Origin: Hormiphora californensis
Lineage: Eukaryota > Animalia > Ctenophora
DNA length: 64,000 nt
Direction: 5' to 3'
Assembly (NCBI GenBank): GCA_020137815.1
Contig: CM035356.1
Span: 3,906,001-3,970,000, forward strand
The notes below the pieces were generated by a model. That model did no database searches, was not told the origin of the DNA, and worked only from the letters and a program-made list of their open reading frames with translations. Position numbers and translations under genes: made by a program. Positions 57,947-64,000 of this stretch are shown one piece after another (position 1 is the first letter of the stretch; each line of letters begins with the position of its first letter).

Positions 57947-60900
57947 CTAAAACCGTGTGGGTGCGTCCAACTGTAGGATTTTCATCCCAACTTTGTCTTC
58001 CTCCTTCACAGTGGAGAGATTCTGTGGTGTTAGGAGGATGAACTGACTCTTGTGGATGTTGCTGCTCTTACTGTATTCGATCAGCATTTTCATCGTGATC
58101 CGTCGGTTGAACAAGTCCTGCAGAGAAAGGGTCTTAGAGGGAGAAGAGAAATATGGACGGCTGGAGTGTGTATTTTATGTGCTTTTACACATCATCAGAT
58201 AAATTGGTTAACAAAAGAACAAATGACTCGTATTTTACTTACCATGAACACATCGAACTCATCCAGACATCGGAAGGGGCTCTCCATTAGACACCAGAGA
58301 CTGCATATGAAACAGACAGTAGAGAAGGACCGCTCTCCCCCTGACAAAGACTTGACATCGTGGGTCTTCCTATTCGGCATGTTGAGCTGCATGTTGAGTT
58401 CCCCGTTCTTGTGATCAACCTAGGGAAGTGAGAGTAGGGTCACCTGGGTCAAGAGGAGTGAGCTGTGAGAGACTCACTCCTCTCCACTCTCACATTGAGT
58501 TAGAGTGGGGTGGATGCGGTGAGAGTGGTGCTACCCCCACCCTGTGTCTGTGATGCTTCGGTAGCTCAAGGTTAGTGAGGAAAAAAAGGGACATAGAAAT
58601 ACAGTAGCGAGATATGTGCTAACCTTAATCTGTCCTGAGTAGCCCCTCTGGCTAAGATTCATGGAGAAGAGAATACTCAGACGGTAGGAGATTTCCTTCC
58701 TCATTATGAAATAATGCTTTTCCCTGTCCGCCTGGGCAGATTTCAACTCCTGAGCTAGCTCGTTGATTTTCTTGATAGCACTCTTTTTTCGCAGGTACTT
58801 TGATTTGATTTCTTCCAGCCTGCAATGTGATTGAAGTAGAAAATTAGAACTGTTACCATGCATTGGAGACAAAACAACTGAGGTCATAAAACCATGTCCA
58901 TTGATAACATGTTAACAATATGAACAACGATATAATGGTACTAAATCAATTAAAATTGACAGAAGCTTTCGAGAAGACTATATTGAAGTTCAGCTAACAC
59001 GTTAACTCACTGGGTGGCGAGGGCGTCGATTTCACTCTGGGAGATGCTACTTTTGTTCACCTGTTGCTCTAAATTACGAAGCAACTTCACAATCTGGCCA
59101 GGCTTCTTTCGTGTCTCGATTCTAGGACAACACTGAATGGCCATCGCTGTTCCATCTGAAACATGTCAAAGAATTTAAAAAACTGTGGTCCGATGAATAA
59201 TGAGTTTTTATCACTCATTCTTAGTGAAAGAAACAACTGCAACAAAAGCAATAATCACTAGTATTTTACAATTCCTGACCTTCGATTTGTTTCTTCTTTG
59301 CGTTAAACTCATTCTCCGCTTTGGTCGTCTCAGCCACGATCTCCTTCTTCTTGTTTTTCAGTCTGTCTGCCTCCTGGCTGATCCTGTTTTATAGAGAGAC
59401 AATTATGAGATTCTGTCTTTCTGTTTATAGTAGGGTACTCCGTACTGTGTATCAGAAACTGTAGAACATAGTTGGTGCTTATTCTTACTTATCTCTCTTC
59501 CTCTGAAGAACACCCATCTTGGTCCTCAACTCTTCCAACTCTGACATGATGGATCCGTCTGTTTTAGTACTTTCCTCCCACCTCCTCCTGGCCTCTCTGT
59601 ACGCTTCATCTAACTCAGCTCTCCTTCCTTCCAGCGCTTCCTTCTTTTCAGCTAACTCCGCCAACTGAGCCTCGTACACAATAACATCTTGCTGAAGGGC
59701 TGTGGCATCCATCATCGGGGCCTGAGGGGGGGGTGTTCAAATTGTTCATACTGTATTTAGGGGAGTTGTTATGTTCTCTTCTTTAAATTTGTAATTTGTT
59801 GCAGGGTACGGAGAGAGGGCCGAACACGGCAACTGGGCAAGATATGTTAAACTTACATCCTCCAGATTATCAAGCTCAATTGCCCGCTCGTTCAGACTAT
59901 TCAGCTCCCTCTTTATATTGCTCTGCCTGTTTCTGTTCCCCACTGCTTTGGTTCTGATCGCTTTTAGTTGACCGTCCAGGGATGAATATTTCTGGTTGAG
60001 GATCTCCCTCTCACTTGTGATCCTGCTTCTTGCGTGGGTCAGCTGTCTGAGTAGATCAGTGGTGTCCACCTGGTGGGCAGAGTTTCAGTTAGGATTCAGG
60101 AGTTAGGGATTAGGATTAACGGGTATCAAAACGGCAGTGGACTAATATTATTTCAGGAATAGGTAGATGTAACATCTCACATTGAGCATCTTGGCAGTTT
60201 GTCTGCTGAGATCGTTAGAGTAGACACCCCGGGGTTTAACATCATCCCCACTGAGGGTCCAGGCACTCATCACATTTTTAGGGGCATGCCCAACTATCAA
60301 CCCTCTCGCTTCTTCGCTGTTCTCAATCAGTAAAACCTGCTCCATTGTCGTCTGAAAACAAGAGGTGAATTAAAATGGGGGCGGGGGTGCTAACATGCAG
60401 TATAATAAGAAAACATAATTTGGCCTTCTAAGACCTAGCTTAGTGGTCCATACTGACATCTGAACCATCATTCCTGAACCACCCCCCTCCGATAAGTGCA
60501 AAGTTAACTCACCAACTCCACGAGGGCATTGCAGATCATGTTATCTGACACCTCCAGCATGTCATACATTGTGGGGTGGTTCACATTCTGGGGCCTGTTC
60601 CTACTGATATCATACGTCCCATCTCTGACAGGGTGGTTAGCAGGGTGGTTAGTGGAGTGGTTAGCAGGGTGGTGTTAGTACTTAGTAGGGTGGTTAGTAG
60701 GGTGGTTAGTAGAGTGGTGTTAGTACTTAGTAGGGTGGTTAGCAGGGTGGTTAGTATTGTGTCGTTAGCAGGGTGGTTAAAAGGGTGGTTAGCAGTATTG
60801 AGCGGGGGCATATAAATGGTACTTGTTACTTGGTAAGTAGATGGGGTTTGGCAAAAAAATAGGTACATAGTACAGTCGGACCCCGATTTACCGGGATCCT

Positions 60901-63814
60901 CGGGGGAAAGGGTTTTGCCCGGTAAATCGGGGTCCGACTGTACATATTTGGAGGGTGTATGAATTGAAGCTAGAAACAAGATGGGAACAAGATGTATATT
61001 GCGTCGTCTTTTTACCTGAATTTCATCATGGTTATATTGGGTAAGTTTTCTTTGCAACAGCTCCTGTAAATCTGAGTAAAAACCCCTTTGTCGTGACTAT
61101 CATGTATCACCCAGTTGTGGAGATGACCCTTTATGGCGCTCTCAATCACTGTAGTCCACTTTGCATCCTTTACACGGATATGTAAACCTGGACAGGGAGA
61201 GAGGGGGGGAGTTGGGTTAGGAAGAGAGTTGGATGGAGAGATGGAGTTGGGTTAGGGAGAGAGGCAGTTGGGTTAGGGAGAGAGGAAGGCACGTCCCAGA
61301 CTGACGTTCTGGTGTAAGATGTTACATTTTATGGAAACATGTCAAATAGTGATTAATTAATTTACCAAATGGTCCCCGTGGTTTCTGATGAAACCGGCCC
61401 TGTCTGGCGGCCTCCTCAACCTTCTTTATGAGATGATCCATGTAGGTCCCAAACACCTGGACTCGAGATCTCTGACCGGACTGACAGGTCCTCATCTGGT
61501 CTCCAATCTTTCTGTCTCTCTCCTGATTCGTCTCAAGGTCGTCACTAAAGAAAGGGTGGTGGATATTAAAACACTGTATTATTTGACAATGTAAAAAAGG
61601 AAAGTTGGCGTATTATTATGTAAGATGCTATCGCAACATTTTGTTCTAACCCTCCTTTACTAAGAGAGCTAGAGGGTCGAACATCGCAACATACGTGATT
61701 TGTTTTAGCTCCTCACTCAGTTGCAATCTCTCGTGTTCATATCTAGAGATCTCACTGGACACACTCTGCAGCTCGTTGGTGAGCGTCTCAAGCTTTTGTT
61801 TGCAGTCATCCAGCTCAGACTCCCGTTGGGCTCTTTCCGCCTCTACGTTCCTTTTCCTGTTGCTGAAATGGGGGGGGGGGGGGTCAATTTCAACCACTGA
61901 AATGCAAGTTATGCTAAAAAGTAATGAAAACCTATCAAACTGTGTCTAACTGTATATTTGTGTAACTGTGTCTAATACCTTTCTTCCATATCCCTAATCT
62001 TGTTCTCAATCTGCCTCTTGTCCTGCGTGATGTCCCTTGCTGAAGTCTTGCAGTTTCCAATTTCCTTCATAACATTCGCCACCTAGACACAAATTATTGT
62101 AATTATTGCCGGGGGGGGGGGGGGGCTCTAGTTTGATGAAATACAGTACGAATTCTATTTGTTGATAGCTGGCCCCTAAAAATTACTCACCTCTCTCTTC
62201 TTTGCCTGTACCATACACTTCAATGACTCGCTATCAGACTGCAGGCTACCGTACTTATCACTCGCTGTTTCAATCTCACTCTCAAGCTTCTTAATCTGAC
62301 TGTCAACTGCCCGAACTTCAGAGTTTTTCGCAGTCACTTTCCGATCGAAATCAGGGGCTTTTTCAGTTTTTAGTGAGGTTATGTACTTCTCCAGTGGCTC
62401 TGCTTCCTGTTCCAGCGCAATTACCTAACAAGGGGGAAGTGATACATCCGAGATGTCTAAAAAACTACAAACTGAAAGGCAACTACCGCCGGTAAATTAA
62501 ATGAGATTAAAATCAATTAATAATTGAATTAAATGAAAATCACCTTGCTCCACACTAGCTCATCTTTTGCTGCACTAATTTTATCCCGGAGTCCTTGGAG
62601 TAGGTTTGCCTCTGCGTACTTGCTCTTGGTCGAGAAAAACTTAGCCCTCATTTCAGGTAGACTAGCTTCTTTTCTCCGTATTGTGCTGTTGAGTGTCACA
62701 ACTCTGTTGTCAATCTCCTAAATATGAGATGATGTTACCATAGCAACTACTAGCAACTACAATTACTAGCAACTACAAACATCTCCTAATAAGGAAGGAA
62801 TTATGTTACCATAGCAACTACAAAATCAATTGTACCTGGTAGTCGTTAATCATTGTTTCGAGGTGAGTGGATTGAAGGAAGAACTTGTATTTGTCAGAAG
62901 GTTCCTTTGTAGCCAGGAACTTCTTACTCATTTCTTGGTTCAGAATACTAATTGGGTTGGTAACCTGGGGGGGGGGGGTAAAGTTGGGTCAATGAACCGT
63001 GGGTTGTGTAGTTTAGGCCATTAAAAAGATTCTAAAAAAGAAAAATTGGCTATAAAATAACTTGATATGTCAAAGTCCATAGTTTCAATGCTTTGTCTGT
63101 ATTACTGCTCCCCTAATAATACAGCGTGTTATTATACCTGTATGTTGTAGTGACTAAGCAGGAGCTGTAACTGGTTGTGAGTGCTCGAAATGGTCTTCCC
63201 AGTGTGAGATTTCAACTTGTAGTAACTTTGTGACTTAGCAATCTTCCTCTCTACAGTTACCGTATCGCCGTAATCCTGGAAATGTGCAATAACTTTATAA
63301 ACAGTGAAAGAACAATACTGGCTACAAAATTCTCTGAGAAGGGAGATCTCTAACCTCGTAGTTCCAAGCTGATTGTTTATCATTAGTGTTACAAAGGGTG
63401 ACAGTCACTTTAGCGTATGTGGATCCCTGTTTGATAAACTCTGTAATGTTGGCACCTCTGTTTGTAGCGTTACTCTTACCGCCTAGCCCTATCAGCAGGG
63501 CCATCAGGATAGCTGATTTACCACCTGAGACAAGGTAAGATCGTTAGGACATTATCATTCTCGACCAGGTAAAATAATACGGGAAAGTTTGGCAGACTAA
63601 TTAAAACTCGGTCTAACTTACTCCCGTTTCGGCCCACAATAAATGTTATCGAAGGGGCTAGTTCCACTTCAAAGTATTCGTGACACATGAAGTTCTCAAG
63701 TTCGATCTTCATAATACTGCCGGGGACATGACGTGGCTCTGCTAACGAATCAGTAATCTTCTTCTTTTTCGACGAGCCGCTCGGACCGTCGGGGGATCGC
63801 TTTACTTTCGACAT
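57947..63814 (-). CDS. SMC6: Structural maintenance of chromosomes protein 6, multi-exon
   Basis: [17 protein letters not shown] Walker [12 protein letters not shown]; coiled-coil exons; [13 protein letters not shown] signature; [13 protein letters not shown]; QFILLTPQ. Confidence 0.95.
60626..60793. repeat. 12-bp tandem repeat (AGGGTGGTTAGY) abutting an SMC6 acceptor
   Basis: Direct reading. Confidence 0.85.
60873..60940. mobile_element. 68-bp CAGTCGGACCCCGATTTA MITE
   Basis: Perfect TIRs with TA TSD. Confidence 0.9.
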
Positions 63815-64000
63815 TTTTTGAAGTTTCACTCAGACATGGTTCTAATGGGAAAATATGGTATTATCTTCCTTCCACGCCTTGTGAGAAAACAAGCTTTGGC
63901 CAAGAAAAGAGACAGAAACGATGTTTGTTGACAGTTAGAGGAGAAAAAAAACTAGCCAAAAAGGAAAAAGCGAAAGAAATAAAGTTTTTTTTTTTTAATT

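Noticed and set aside
60626-60793. GGTTAG-rich repeats as a telomere remnant
   Set aside because: The unit is a 12-mer rather than TTAGGG and behaves like the other junction-adjacent minisatellites.

Overview
Gene-dense eukaryotic (animal) genomic DNA with many short GT-AG introns, (GA/CT)n microsatellites and non-autonomous DNA transposons. The repeat families (e.g. the CAGGAACCGACCGAAACAAGTAAACAACCAATCAG MITE) look like those I associate with the ctenophore Pleurobrachia; that assignment is an inference. By manual exon joining I find about 17 genes: DNAJA3-like, a small secreted ShKT protein, a cathepsin-L/ShKT/F-type-lectin mosaic protease (its 7.4-kb intron is filled by stacked retroelements), MCMBP, DMAC1-like, POLR3H, an FtsH/paraplegin-like AAA protein lacking HEXXH, four antisense genes nested in introns, SAP18, PFDN4, DAP3-like, NDUFAF8 and SMC6. 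The most notable observations are: (1) two co-directional clusters of housekeeping genes with 140-500 bp gaps, where each start codon is preceded by an apparently unpaired splice acceptor (candidate SL trans-spliced operons); (2) one exon (20490-20588) shared in two frames by DMAC1-like and POLR3H; (3) repeated tandem amplification of splice junctions, including about 28 copies of a coding exon end plus donor; (4) MITEs landing on splice donors; (5) a probable FtsH pseudo-protease. Scattered single-base frameshifts suggest imperfect polishing. Exon boundaries were read by eye.
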